Shown here in pieces: positions 47,683 to 60,949 of a DNA stretch of 64,000 bases. The stretch spans positions 1 through 64,000 of the forward strand of contig JAAILG010001363.1 of NCBI GenBank assembly GCA_012026655.1. Reading direction: 5' to 3'. Under the pieces are notes generated by a model. That model saw only the letters and a program-made list of their open reading frames with translations, ran no database searches and was not told the origin of the DNA. Positions within the stretch are counted from its first letter, which is position 1. Each line of letters begins with the position of its first letter. This stretch comes from Hydrolagus affinis. Lineage: Eukaryota. The position numbers and the translations under genes are program-made.

Positions 47683-50064
47683 TATGTGTTTGACTCTCTC
47701 TCTCTCTTCCTCACTGTCTCTCTAATCCTCTTTGGGGTGAGGTTTGCAGAGTCTGTTGCAGCACAACTGACTCATGGGTGACATGCTTGTAATGGAATGT
47801 CATAATTGAGCCAACCCTCTGTATTCTTGGTACTCCAGCTCCTGATTCAGGTGGGTCTGCAGTACCCCTGAGACAGTCTGTCTCATCAGCAAGATTTGGA
47901 GGGCAGTACAGTCATTGGGAGCAGGAATTCTCCCCTTTCAGCTTCTATTAACTCTGCGAGTCCATTTCCATATGCATAGGATGAGCAAAAGGAAGCTTCC
48001 CTTACAGTACTCTCAATCGCAAGCTGCTCAGTTTGAGTTAGTTGAACTCCAGTAGTATTCTGATGGGACACTCTAAAGTCTCCAAACCTCGGTTCTTATT
48101 AACCAGCGCCTAAAACTCTTCAGAATTCATAGGCAACAGCAAACAACAACCACAAAATTACACTTGGAAAACAGGATGCATTCCTCCCAATACCCACAGT
48201 CACATACACGTAAACTAAAAATGTTTTGCTGGCAACGCGCTCCAGCTTCCCTGCCACATCTTAGTGTCCCAATGTGTGTAAGTGGATATATGCATGTAGT
48301 CAGTCATGCGGCATTCTACTCAATAGACATCAGAACAGAGCCTGATCACCTCAAAATGCTGGTGTTGCAGTTATTGAAAAATGCCAAGCCTCTATTTCTT
48401 GTAGAGGCCCCTCACACTTTCCAGCAGTAATGATATCCCACAAAATCTTTGTGTAAATCTTCCATGTACATATCTTATTCCATAATTTTTTTTTGAAAAC
48501 CACTGTTGTCAGAGATGCCGAGATCTCATGTTTACTATTATTGGTTTCCTGGCTTTTTGACCAGTTTCCGTAATGTGGATAGCTCTAATGCGATAAGATC
48601 TGTTCAATACCAAGTGCACTTCACAATGTGACAAGCCAGTAGATACCTCCGTTCTCCCATTGCAATGCAATTCTGCACAGCTACTCTTGCCTGAACTACT
48701 TGAACAATAGTGCAATGAAGTTAAAGCAAGTAAATAATTCTGGGTTCCATGAACACATCACACAATGACAAATAGCTTCACAGTTCGAGAAAAAAACAGT
48801 TCAACAGCTATCCATCACTCACTCGAGCAAGTAGCTGATAAACTCCATCACAAAATAACCAAACACTTCAGGCTCCTTCTCAGCAGCTGAAAATGAGATT
48901 CTTGTTTCTGATTGATGTTCGTAGAGGAGCTTGTAAAAATGCATTTCCAGCTGATTAGTTCTGAGGGTGTCAATCTCATGCAGTTTTATGACCCGCAGTC
49001 TACATGCCAGATGTACATTTGCTTTACATAATCTAACAAAGACGAATGACTAAATTTCAGTGTGCCTCTTTCTGTACTTCTCACTATATTTCCTGGGGGA
49101 GGAATTATACAGCAGTGCTAAAAGAGAACATTAACTCTTGTAGTTCTGTCATTGTATTTACTCTGCAGAATAGTCCACAGGAAAAGTAAATATAAGGGAA
49201 GGGGATCAAGGGAACACCAGTGTTTTATTTTTCAACTGCGTTCTTATTGAAGGACTATTCTTTTCAAGAAGGGTCTAATGTGTTATGTAGTGGAGAGGAA
49301 GGAAAGTAGCATAGAAAGTCCTCTCAGAGCTTTTATTATGGTAATATCATACCAGGGGTGAGTGGGAGGTAAAAACTTCCTCACACAAAGAAGGGAGGTG
49401 AACATTAAAGGAGATATTCATCACTCTCAAGCTGCTATTGTGCACCTTGACATGATTTAGAATTCCAAAGGTTTGGACATAAGTGTCTTGCTTATTCTCT
49501 GACTAGAAATGGCACTGAGGTGGGAGAGAGATAAACTAATAAAATACCAAAAAGTGGGATACTTTTTTAAAAATATTTAATAATCAGTTTTTAGGCAATC
49601 ACTTGCAAAATGCCCAATCCCTACACTTTAATGAATATTTTGCGAAGTACTTGGAGAAATCCTCTCAACTTGAAAGGTGCTATATTAAATGCTAATATTA
49701 TTAATATTATATCATCAATATAATATCAGCATAAAGCTTAGAAACACATTATTCGAAATTCTCCTAATGTACGGATATACTGACAATTCTGCAGTCTTGT
49801 TGGCTTGTTTGATGTGTGGGATTTCAATTTGCAGGTCATTACCTGGAAGGGAGGAGGAGAGTTAAAATTCTATTTTGGCTCTTGCAAGATTTAGAAGAAT
49901 ATTTTGGACATAAGTTGAGGATGCTTTTACATGTTAGTAATGGCCTCGAGAATACTTCTAGACATTCTTGGTTTTGTTAATTTTTACACTTATTTTTCTC
50001 CATTGACACTGACGTCTGGGTGTACAGGAAACAAGATCCTGGGAATAGTTGCAGGACAACAATG

Positions 50065-50912
50065 AATAATAATAATTTGATATGGTTACTCTCTCTCATT
50101 GGGAGGATGCCTCAAAACGCTTCACAGGTTTTTACTGCACAATGTATTTTGTAGGTGAAAAACACTCAGTCAATTAGAGTTGAGGTGCAGATCAGCCATG
50201 ATCTAATAGAATGGTGGAACAGGCTCCAGGGGCTGAATGGACGACTCTTGCTCCTACAACAACAACAAAATTACACTTATATAGCGCCTTTCACGTCAAG
50301 AGGACATCCCAAGGTGCTGGACAGTCACTGTGTCAGACCCGATCTGGGGAGGTGGTGGGGAGGGAAAGGGGGGATTAGGAGTTGCCGATGGGACCATTGA
50401 AGGGGAGAGTTTTGAGGCGGGACTTGAAGGAGGCCAGGGAGGGGGTGAGGCGGAGGGACTGCGGGACGGAGTTCCAGAGGTTGGGGTCAGAGTGGCTGAA
50501 GGCTCCTATGTTCCTAAGCAGACAATTTGCATTCAGCAATGTCCCACAAACAGCCATGAAACCAATGATCAGTTTTATCTGGGGGAATTGTTGACCAGGA
50601 CACTTGGACACTCTCTTCTGTGGAACTCTATCCCGCAGTCCCTCCGCCTCACCCTATCTCTTACCTCCTTCAAGACCCACGTCAAGGCATTCCTCCAAGC
50701 TTTTGATCAACCTCCTTTCCCCCCCCCACCACCCCTGCCCTCTACCTTGGGATATCCTCATCACAAATGAACAGTCAATTCACTTTACAGTATATTCTGT
50801 GAAGCGCTTTGAGACTGGGATAAGAGTGAAATGCGCTATATCAAATGCAAGGATTATTATTATTAAGTTAAAGGCACTATACATATGTAATTTTGTTGTT
50901 GTTATTGTTGTT
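50065..50912. mobile_element. Cluster of abutting SINE, CR1 and L2 fragments in alternating orientation
   Basis: SINE tail (-) ~50065-50170, CR1 3' (+) ~50175-50255, L2 (-) ~50256-50505, SINE (-) ~50520-50605, L2 (+) ~50615-50750, SINE tail (+) ~50760-50865, L2-type tail to ~50912. Confidence 0.7.
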
Positions 50913-51299
50913 CTCCTTTGTCTGAGAAAGTGCTTGGCTGGATCTTGGAAAAAGAAAGCAAAAGTCAGCTGCTCTTCTCAATGCCACAAAGAGTTAAAGA
51001 TAAAAAGAAGTTTTGGAAAGCAGACACTGTCTCTGGACAAGGACAAATAAGCAAAACGCTTCCCTTATCCTATTTATCCCTTATCCATTATCCTTTGCTT
51101 AAAATAATGTTTCCTTGAATTGACTTAGAATTCATTACCGGTTAATTATAAGGTATGCACAATAATTGGTACTAATCACCCACTGTTTTGTTAAGCAGGT
51201 TTTTCAATGTACAATATTGTGCAATTTTATAGTTTTTGTCAAAAATGGGACATAGTGTCAACCTCACTTGAACTGTTAACAGATGGAAACATTTGTTTG

Positions 51300-51506
51300 G
51301 ATGAAAAAAACAATAATAAAGTGGTCATTTTCAATTCACGACTGTTTGTGGGACGCTGCTGTGTGCAATTGGCTGCCACATTTTGCCCACATATATATAT
51401 ATATATATATGCAATCAATTCACTTTACAGTATCCTCTGTGAAACGCTTTGAGACATCTAGAAGATGTGAAAAGCATTAGATCAAATGCAAGGATTATTA
51501 TTATTA
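51300..51506 (+). mobile_element. SINE 3' part with internal (AT)n
   Basis: gtggtcattttcaattcacgactgtttgtggga...atcaaatgcaaggattattattatt. Confidence 0.85.
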
Positions 51507-53295
51507 ATTTTAATACAATGCTGTAGTGGAAGATACTCCTTTGCTAATGGCCAAAATGGTGCATGTCAGCTTCACAGTTGTAATAATTTGGCAAATTTGT
51601 TGATCAGGTTCTTTTGAAGGTGAAATGAGCGAGTTCCTCTGATGACCCAGTAGAGGGCTATGGCATCACCCAGTGTACTACTGGATCATAGAGACCAGCA
51701 AGCTCATGTTTGAATCTCAGTGAGTGCCTGAATTAATTCAGGGTGCTGTAATTGGCTTCCACGTCACTGGCTTAAGGAGGAACAAATTAGTTGGAGTTCT
51801 GCTCTCCACTGCAGAAAAGGAAAATGGGTCAGTTACCTGCAGAAGCGGGAGAGGAGAGCAGACAAATTGAAGGAGTAAAAGAGGTAGTAGTCCTTGGGAT
51901 GTGTACAGAAAACATTTGGTGAAGGAATCGGACACGAAGAAGCAGCTTTCATCTTGTGGATGTTAATTCTACCAAGTGGGTTACTCGAACTACGAACATT
52001 TCAAATGTGCTTCAAAAAGCTCTTTAGCTGGGAAACATCCCAAAAATTGCAAGACAGTTCTGTCCAGTAAATAGGTTCAATTGAAATCATATTTCTACAA
52101 CAAGAAAGACCTTACTATCCAGTTTTATCAATGGGATCGCCTGTAAAGATCTAACGAAGTAGTGTTGGGTCTGAACTCACTTTGAGCTGACATCAAATGC
52201 ACCGTTAGGGCAATGTTTGAGATACTGTTCATTCAAATGCGATGTTAAACTGTTCAGGTGGACATGAAAGTTCTCATAACACTATTCGAAAAGAGATGTG
52301 CGTTTCTGCCTCCTGGACAAACAATACTCCAGATAAAATTGGTCATTCACTTTATAGTTTGTGTGATATTGCTGTGTGCAAATTGGTAGTTCTGCGGCTG
52401 TACAAAATATACAGCCACTACACTTTATAATGCCCTCTTGACATGAAAAGCATTATATGAAATGCAAAGATTATTATTGTTTTATCATCTTTTCGAATGC
52501 TGAAGAAACACAATAGTTTGGGTATCCGGGAAGTATGGGATTGAATGGGACGAATAGCATCTGAAGGTCTCAGTATTTTGCGAAAGTGGCCTACTGTTGT
52601 TGCTCATTTTAAAAGTTAGATGCTTGCCATTAGTAATAATTCATTTTCATCAAATAGTTGCAAGCACCAGTTTTTTTTTTTTGTGGGGGGGGCAGGGCGG
52701 GGGGGAGAAGTGGTGCTTTTATCAGGCATTTAATGGTTTACATGCACAAATGCATTTTGTGAATCCATTGATCAATTTTGATTGCATTGTGCTGGGGGCA
52801 AAGTGCATTGATTTATTAGGTTTGTCAGCATAGATGTACATAGACTGGGACTAATGCGCATTAAGGGTTGAAGCAATTTGCTTCTGAAGCCGCGGGGTTT
52901 GATTCAGCGGGATCGGCAGTTGTGGGGGGGGGGTGTGGGGGTGTTGGTGGTGGGGGGGCATAGCATAGCAGTAGTTAGGGTAACTACCCTCGCTTCAGTC
53001 AAGTCCCAGTCCTTCATTTAATCCTTTGTGTCACCAAGCAAGGAGTCCAAATGGCCTCCAAAACGATGACTTTCAAAATAGCCAGAATTCTCTCTCGCCA
53101 ACGTTCTGTTACAATTTGAAAATAGCTGTTGTTTCCAATCGATGAACACAGGCCAAAGGTATGCCTTCCGTTGGCCTCGGTGATGTCTGGCATTTTGTGA
53201 GTTAACAAAACCAACTGGGGCAACTGGAGCTCCTCAAATGAGGTGGATGAATAGTGACTAATACATTTCTCCCTTGACTGATTTCCATTCTGCAG

Positions 53296-53512
53296 ATGGA
53301 CTTGTAGATTGCATGGACCCTGATTGCTGCTTACACAGTTCCTGCCAGAACCAGCCCTCCTGCCGCGGGTCTCCCGACCCAGTAGATATTATTGGTCAAA
53401 GCCAGCAGCCACCCTCTCAGCAAGCTGCCAAGTCCTTCTATGATCGAATCAAATTTCTTATTGGACCAGACAGCAGTCATGTCCTACCTGGGGAAAATCC
53501 TTTCAACAAAAG
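53296..53512 (+). CDS. TENM3: Teneurin-3 coding exon, cysteine-rich region ([12 protein letters not shown]...GENPFNK), 217 nt, phase 1 to 2
   Basis: Acceptor tctgcag|ATGGAC; donor AAG|gttagt; ORF 53274..53531. Confidence 0.96.
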
Positions 53513-54704
53513 GTTAGTGTGTTATTGCTGAAATGAGTGCAGGTAAAGTAGAAGGCACATCGATGTGATCAATGTTATGTCTTTTACAAAAGGGAAATTT
53601 CTCACAACTTCTCAGCATGTTTTCGTTCTTCAGGCACATTTCATTTCATTGCTTTAAATCGCAGAAATCCCTGGTAGTATTTTTGTCAATTATTCCACCC
53701 CCTGGGCAGAACTGCTCTGAAAGAAGGTGCAATCAGTGTACAGACCGTTCTGTGGTAAATTGGAGTTGTGTAAAACCCATTAATATGAACATTTCCTTTA
53801 AAACTCTGAGCTTCGCCTTATTCGCTTCAGTGCCTTCCAGTTGGTTTTAATGCAAGTCCACATTGAAGTACAGTACAGTACTGGGAATCGGCACAGAGCA
53901 AAAGGCAACATTGCTATGCAAACACAAGCTAATGTCTGTTTAAATATAAGGCAACTGATTTCAGTGATGTGTAAAAGAAGGGTCGGAAATACAGCTTTGA
54001 GTATAACCTTATCAAATTATAGTGTTCCTGATCTGAGTTTAGAAATTACATTTTTTTTAACGTTACATAAAGAGGAATAATTTACCATTAACAGACTGTG
54101 AAAATCATTTAAAAACTGTTAGAGCTACAGTGTAATATTTTCTTTTTATATTTGTAGCCTTTAAATGGGTTACATCCTGTAACCTGGTTATACACAGATC
54201 CAGGAAGCATGCATATGAATGATTTTCAAGTCCTTAGGTAGTTGCACATCAAAGAATTTAAAGAGGAGAGGTCAGAAAAATCTCTTTTTAACATAGGGTT
54301 GTTCGAATGTGGCATGTATTACCACAAATGGAAGTTGAAGCTGAGTCTAAACCACCATTTATAAATATTTGAGGAGAAATATTAAAGGTTATAGAAAAAG
54401 AGCAAGGTAGGTGGGATGAAAGTAGATACAAGTAACTCCAGTATAGAAGCTAGCATGAGGATAGATACTATGGGCCAAATCGCCTGCTGTGTTTTAAGCT
54501 TGTTATGATTTATTGCAGTCTTTATATTTTTAAGTGAAAATAGCTGCTGTAAACATATTGTTGAAGAACATGTAAAAAGATTGGTTTCACACGCTTTGAG
54601 CTAGTAGAGGACATCGTCTCTCCTACAGGGATAGAGGAGAAAAAAATGTGAACCCAATCATTCACTCACTCACCTAATCATTCACTCACTCACCCAAGTA
54701 GCTA

Positions 54705-54886
54705 ATAATAATAATGATCCTTGCATTTGATATAGCGCTGTTCACGTCTTCTAATAATCTCGAAGGAGTTCACGGAATATACCGTAAAGGTTGTGAATAT
54801 GTGGACAAAACACGGCAGCCAATTGCGCACAGCTGTGTCTCACAAATAGTCGTGGATTAAAATGACCAATTTTTTTTTGAGGGATA
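54705..54886 (-). mobile_element. SINE 3' part
   Basis: taataataataatgatccttgcatttgatatagcgct...cacggcagccaattgcgcacag...aaatgaccaatt. Confidence 0.85.
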
Positions 54887-56305
54887 GCTGCCCACAAAGT
54901 AAATGTGATACAGACCAGAAAAGCTGTACACTGCTTGCCAGCTGGAGATCTGAAAGAGGAAAGGGGGAGAATGCATAAAGGGATGAGAAATGCAATGTTC
55001 ATAACGCGTTCCGTGTATCACCTCAGATCTGTTAATGAAACGTTACGTTTACACTGCCAACATAATTTAGTCGAACATTAAGCAGCGTGACTACAGAGAC
55101 AGTTTTCTAATACATCGACCAAGTGGGCAGGGCCATGTGATAAACTGAATTTGCCTGCAGATTGTTGCTGAGAGCGCGGCCTTTGTAAATTCACAAATCC
55201 TCCTATCGATTCCCATGCTTCAACCTACATGGATAAGTTTCAAAGCAGTTGAACGGCATCACGGCAGACTAATGAAGTAAAGAGTAAATTTAATAACATC
55301 CTAACCGGCTGTAATAACGAGGCACAAATTATATTTGATTGGCTTTTTATGGATTCCTAATGACCTGAAGATAAAGTGAGAAAATAAGTGGAATGTCTGC
55401 CTTTCCCTAGAGCAGGAGTTGGCTCTATACTGCAGAGGCTGGTACCCTCCTAGAATCGATCTAACCGAATCCTCCTCATGGGCCATCCACACAGTCAGGT
55501 TTTACAAAATACTATCCACGGCCTTGCCTCACCCAACCTGTTTCACCTTCTGCAGCCCTACTGCTTAGCAAACACTCGGCTGCTTCATTATTTTCTGCTT
55601 GTCTTGTTCCACCATCAGTATATGAGCTTTCAGCCGTTCCGACATTTATCTTGGAGCCCCCCCCCCCACTGCCTTGCCCCCTAACTCTGCACCTTCAGAC
55701 CCCATCTTAAAACCTACCTTTTCAACCACCACACTTCCGTCTACATGTAGCCCATCCCTTTCGACCACTACCACCTCCCCTCATCTGCTCCACTCGCCTT
55801 GCACAAATTCCTAATCCACTGTAGGATGCGCTTTTGAGATATCTCTGCAAGGTGAATGACGTTATGCAAATTGTTGTTCCATTCTTCAGGTTTAAAATGC
55901 AACCTGCCTGTCTGCCATTCCACGGTTGAAACTCTATATATTGTCCCCTTGTTGTTCCCTGTGAGCTTTATCACTAATAATTAAAAAGGTTCGAGGACAA
56001 ATAAGGTGCGTGCCACCGCAAAACATAGAAAAGGAGTCGACGATATTGTGAATCTGAGGCGTGTATCATAAAATTATTGATCTTGATAAAATGCCAAGGG
56101 AATGCTGCAATAAATCAAAAAGATTTGAAACAAAATTAGGGAATGTTTAATGAAGATAAATTCCCCTTATAGAACTCAGAGTGTGCTTGACTCTATATTT
56201 TTAGTGGCATTTTTGGTAAACCTGACGGAGCACGCTCCTGCTTACATCAAACTAGAATGGAAACTCTACTGATGCTCTTGCTGTTTTATTTCTCTCTCTT
56301 CACAG

Positions 56306-56425
56306 CCTTGGCTCTGTCATCAGAGGGCAGGTGCTGACTGCAGACGGAACCCCTCTCATTGGAGTGAACGTGTCCTTTCTGCACTACCCACAGTATGGGT
56401 ACACCATCACCCGCCACGATGGCAT
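56306..56425 (+). CDS. TENM3: Teneurin-3 coding exon, transthyretin-like region ([41 protein letters not shown]), 120 nt, phase 2 to 2
   Basis: Translated by hand (not in ORF track); acceptor ctcttcacag|CCTTGG; donor CAT|gtgagt; fills the gap between the flanking exons in frame. Confidence 0.95.
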
Positions 56426-56527
56426 GTGAGTTTGCACATGGTTTAAGATCTAACCCAGATTCCACTCAACACCAATGATTCCGAAGCTAGAATTGCAACT
56501 TCTACCAAATGTTCAGAAAATGTTTTG

Positions 56528-57078
56528 GATAATAATAATTCTAATAATCCTTGCATTTGATATAGCGCTTTTCACATCTTATCGACGTCTCAAAGCGCTT
56601 CACAGAATATATAATCTTCCCCTCGGTTGGAGAATCTAAAACCAGGGGTCACAGTCTTAAAGTTAGGGGTCAGCCCTTTCACATTGAGTTGAGAAAAAAC
56701 TTCTTCACTCAGAGGATGGTGAATGTATGGAATTCTTTACCCCAAAGGGCTGTTGATGCTCAGTCCTTGAACATATTCAAGACTGAGTTAGATAGGTTTC
56801 TCATTTATAAAAGGATTAGGGGGTAAGGGGATAAGGCAGGTAGCTGGAGTTAGGGTAGAATATCAGCCATGATTGAATGGCAGGGCAGGCACGATGGGCC
56901 AAATGGTGACTGTATATTTGTGGGCAAAACGTGGCAGCCATTTGCACACAGCAGTGTCCCACAAACAATTGTGGAATGAAATGATCAATTTTATTATTTA
57001 AGTTTTTTTTGGATGGATTATTATTAGGCATGTGGAGTAAGGAAACTTGCCCAATGTTTTGCCCTGACCTGCCTGGAT
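56528..57078 (-). mobile_element. SINE (lacking most of tRNA head) interrupted by an opposite-strand CR1 fragment at ~56614-56906
   Basis: SINE halves 56528-56611 and 56907-57078 are near-contiguous in the family consensus; the insert matches CR1 ~9230-9525. Confidence 0.85.
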
Positions 57079-58877
57079 ACTTAATATCTACACAGAAACA
57101 AATCAATCAAAACCAAAGCAATATAGCATTGAGAGTACAATCTATAGATTCCATGGTGGAGCCAAATTGACCCTTTCTGCTACTTCATAAAAACAGGATA
57201 TTTGGCCCATCATCAAAGATAGTTACATTTCTGCCAGTTCAGATATACTTTAAATTCCACTGTTTAACATTTTGTGGCACTGTGGCACCTTGAAGAATGT
57301 TGTTTGAATGACAACTCAGCGATTCTCTTAAGATCGTTATTGGGATGGGCCTAACACAAGGTACTTGCTTAGTTGGGAATAGTGCTATCAGTCCTCTTGA
57401 TCTGCTTTGGCTCGCTTGGGACTTCAATGCATCTCCTGCCCCACCCCACCCCACCCCCCAAAGAAAATTAATGGCTGAGCCTTTAGCTACTACATGGTGA
57501 ATCTCTGGAACCCTTTTTTCTTCTCCCCTCAGCCCATGCTTTCTCTGTCTGCTTTCTTAATTGCTGTCTGAAAATCTATCTCTTCAACCACAGCCACGGA
57601 TAGCTTCCTATTCATCTTAACCCCTTTCCTTTCTTCTTTGCCAAACAATCAACATGTCAAGCACTAAAAGATGATATGCTACATAAAGGACCCAATGCAA
57701 AGAAGAGAAGTGAGTTTCACTCAGTGTCCTGGCTAACATTCCCTCAAATGAAATTGGTCATTCACTTTATGGTGGGACATCGAGGGAAATTGCTATGTAC
57801 AAATTGGCTGCGTATTTGCACACAAAAACAATATACTGTACAGTCACTGCACAGGCGGGTTAATTTGGTAAAGTGCTTCAAGAAATCTCCCAGGCGTGAA
57901 AGGTGCTATACCAAATTTACAGATTATTGCAGATGCAAGTTGTTGCTATAATTGTTCCAAAATATGTTTTTAAGAAAATAAAAAAAACGGAGTAAAAGTT
58001 TAGGGTCGTATTTCCATTTGCATCAATGGAGTATTATCAACTGTCATTTCAATATCTTACATCGGTGTGCACCCATCATTGGGATGGTAAACCCTGGGAT
58101 TCACTTTAATGGTATTTGCAGAAATATTTGATCGATACATATGAAAAGCTGAGTTTCAGAGATTTCAAACTGAAATTGTCAGGTTTGGATTTGTACAAAG
58201 GCATCAATATTATTTGCTTCAAGGAATGTGGTGTACAATCCTTTGTGTTACTGCAGGATTTCAGTGGCAGATGCATTTGATCTTCTTTCTCTACGTTCCA
58301 CGCTGCTGGGAAGCTGGAAAGTCAGCAGTTTTTCAGTTCAATACAAGCCAGTCTGTATTTATAAGTTAAAAATTTGTGTTTTTTCTCATTTTTAAAACCT
58401 CGCAGGGAGACCAATAAAAAAAAAGTGTCTTTCGTTCGAATGCACTGGCATGTTTGGCTCAAAGAGAAGTGTAAAAACAAGCCATCTATTTATTCTTCCA
58501 GCTGGCATAGGAATTAAGGCAATAGATTTTTTTTTAAAAGATATTATTTCAAATTATTTTCTAAATTCCTCTGGAAGAATGTGCTGCCTGCAGCCATTCT
58601 TCCCACGCACTGATCACAATATTGTGGCACTAATGGATTTGCCTGTAATTAGACCACAATTTTAAATACTATTTTTTTCCAATTGTCAGTAATAGGTGAC
58701 AGTTTTATTATGCTGAGGCTATATTTAAATGTTGAGGCTTGCCAGTGTTCAGCAATACATTCGCTTACAAGTTCCCCTTCTCCCCTTCCCATCAGGAGCA
58801 AGTTATCCAATTTTCAGCTATGTTGCATGCAGGAAGGAATATACAGTAGCCAGAAAGAAACCCTTTTCCATATAACA

Positions 58878-59365
58878 TTACATAGAATTACATAGAACTT
58901 TGCAGCACAGAAACAAGATAGGCAGCCAATTAATCTGTGTTTACAGACTTTTGACCTACCACCCCTCCTATTCCCTTCTCCTGGACCCGTCTACTATCAT
59001 CTCTCACAACATTTCTTCCTAAATACATTGATGCTTTTTGATTCAACCACCGCTCACAGTGTGAGTTCCAGATTCTCACTTCCCTCCGTGCAAAGAGATT
59101 CCTCCTAAACTCCCTTTTAGATTTGCAGCTGACTAGCTCTACATTTATGTTTCCCTTTGTTTTGGACTCATCTGCCTTACTGAATCCTTTCATAATTCAC
59201 AAACACATCCATCGTGTCTCATGTCCAGAAAGAAAAGATCCAACCTGTCCAATCTTAAGAAATCTTAGGCATATCCATTAACTGTAGTGAAATCCTTGTA
59301 AATCTACACAGGCCTGCCTCCGATGCTACAAAATCCTTCTTGCAAAATGGCGACCAGATCTGCAA
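58878..59365 (-). mobile_element. Degraded CR1-type LINE 3' fragment
   Basis: Tail repeat ttacatagaattacatagaa; ORF 58930..59193 has RRNLFARREVRIWNS (CR1 FFTQRVVxxWN-like). Confidence 0.7.
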
Positions 59366-59596
59366 ATACACCTTGGGGGATTTCCACCCCACCCCACCCC
59401 CTACACCACCACCACCAATTCAAACCAACAAGTTGATTAATCCACCAGGAGATTAATCATGCCACACACCCCACCTATCTAAAGATAATTGTAATGGAAT
59501 ATCACTGGGTGTTGATGCATTGAATGTTCAGTTAAGAGGTTCAGCTTGTTTCTTGCAAGGTATTGATTTTCTATTGTGATTTTTCCTTGTGTTCAG

Positions 59597-59858
59597 GTTC
59601 GATTTGGTTGCAAACGGCGGTGCCTCTCTAACCCTTAGCTTTGAACGTGTTCCGTTCATCACCCAATATCGTACAGTGTGGATTCCATGGAACGTTTTTT
59701 ACGTTATGGACACTATGGTCATGAAGAAGGAAGAGAACGAAATTCCCAGCTGTGATTTGAGTGGATTTGTGAGACCAAATCCCATCATCTTGGCCTCTCC
59801 TTTATCTACCTTTTTCCGCTCATCTCCTTCAGAGAGCCCCATTATTCCTGAAACACAG
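59597..59858 (+). CDS. TENM3: Teneurin-3 coding exon ([13 protein letters not shown]...SPIIPETQ), 262 nt, phase 2 to 0
   Basis: Acceptor gttcag|GTTCGA; donor CAG|gtacgc; ORF 59589..59894. Confidence 0.96.
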
Positions 59859-60949
59859 GTACGCAACACTTTTCTTCAAATTCAGAATCGTTAAAACAGA
59901 CAAATGTCATCAGTTCAGGCTGTTGAACACCACTTTCCAAACTGTATCCTTACACCACTTTCATTGTTGCTTTCAAGCACCATTTCCCAGCACCAACTGG
60001 GACATTTCCATTCTGAACTGCGTCCTTTGCAAAAACAATTGTGTCCATATTGATTGAAAATATATTTTTAAAGAAAATTGAAGGACTTGAGCACATGTAA
60101 ATTTCCATCTTGTTATAGGATGTCAGACAATTTTGTTTAAAAATTTAGGGAAAGTATAGTAGTGGAGTAAATCTCACCATATGTTGTCCCTGTTGGGACC
60201 ATACATTTAATATGACTTATGCAAAGTATGAATTACGTCATCAAACTTGAATAAGTTGTAGAAAATTCAACAGGATTTGGGCAGATGTATGACTTAGGCA
60301 AATATAAAATTTCTACACATTAGTTTGAGGCAAGTTTAACTGTCTGAGGGAAAATTGTCAAATTTAATCTTAAATTAGAAAACCTTTCCCGCAGTTCTTC
60401 ACAAAAACTGTCATCCAAACTAAGACCTCATTTAAGCATTTTTCCCAATTCTTTGCAGAATTGCCGTAAGACTAGGTGGAATTTGGGGTCTTTGTTGAGC
60501 CGTTGGGTAGTGAACTAGATTGTCTTATGCTGCTATTTCATCTGCGGGTTCTAGGTTTTCAATCCAGCCCATATTGATGGGTTCAACACCTCCTTTCCCT
60601 GCTGGCTGACTAGAAGGATGCTACGTGAAATAAGTTAACACAATTAAGGCATCAGTCTACAAGTCAACACTGCCATGATCTGACACTAAGTTTGTTGCCT
60701 CATTTACATTTAAAATGAATTTGGAATCTGATAAACTAGGATGAATTTTTTTGTACCCTATTTCACTCGATAAAATAAGACAATTTCCTGAATCCAAATT
60801 CTGTCAAGTTGCTCACCTGTCACGAACAAAGCAAATCCCAATGAAATGGTCATCTTGATGATCATCATGGAAATGTAATCACGTGGAAGGAATGAGAGAC
60901 TTAAACCCACGTGGAGACACCAGCCGGTTGTTCTACTACCCCATTCATA

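Noticed and set aside
54656-54695. 20-bp tandem duplication aatcattcactcactcacc(t/c), YCAY-rich
   Set aside because: Two units only, over 1 kb from any exon, next to a SINE tail; ordinary slippage, not an array.
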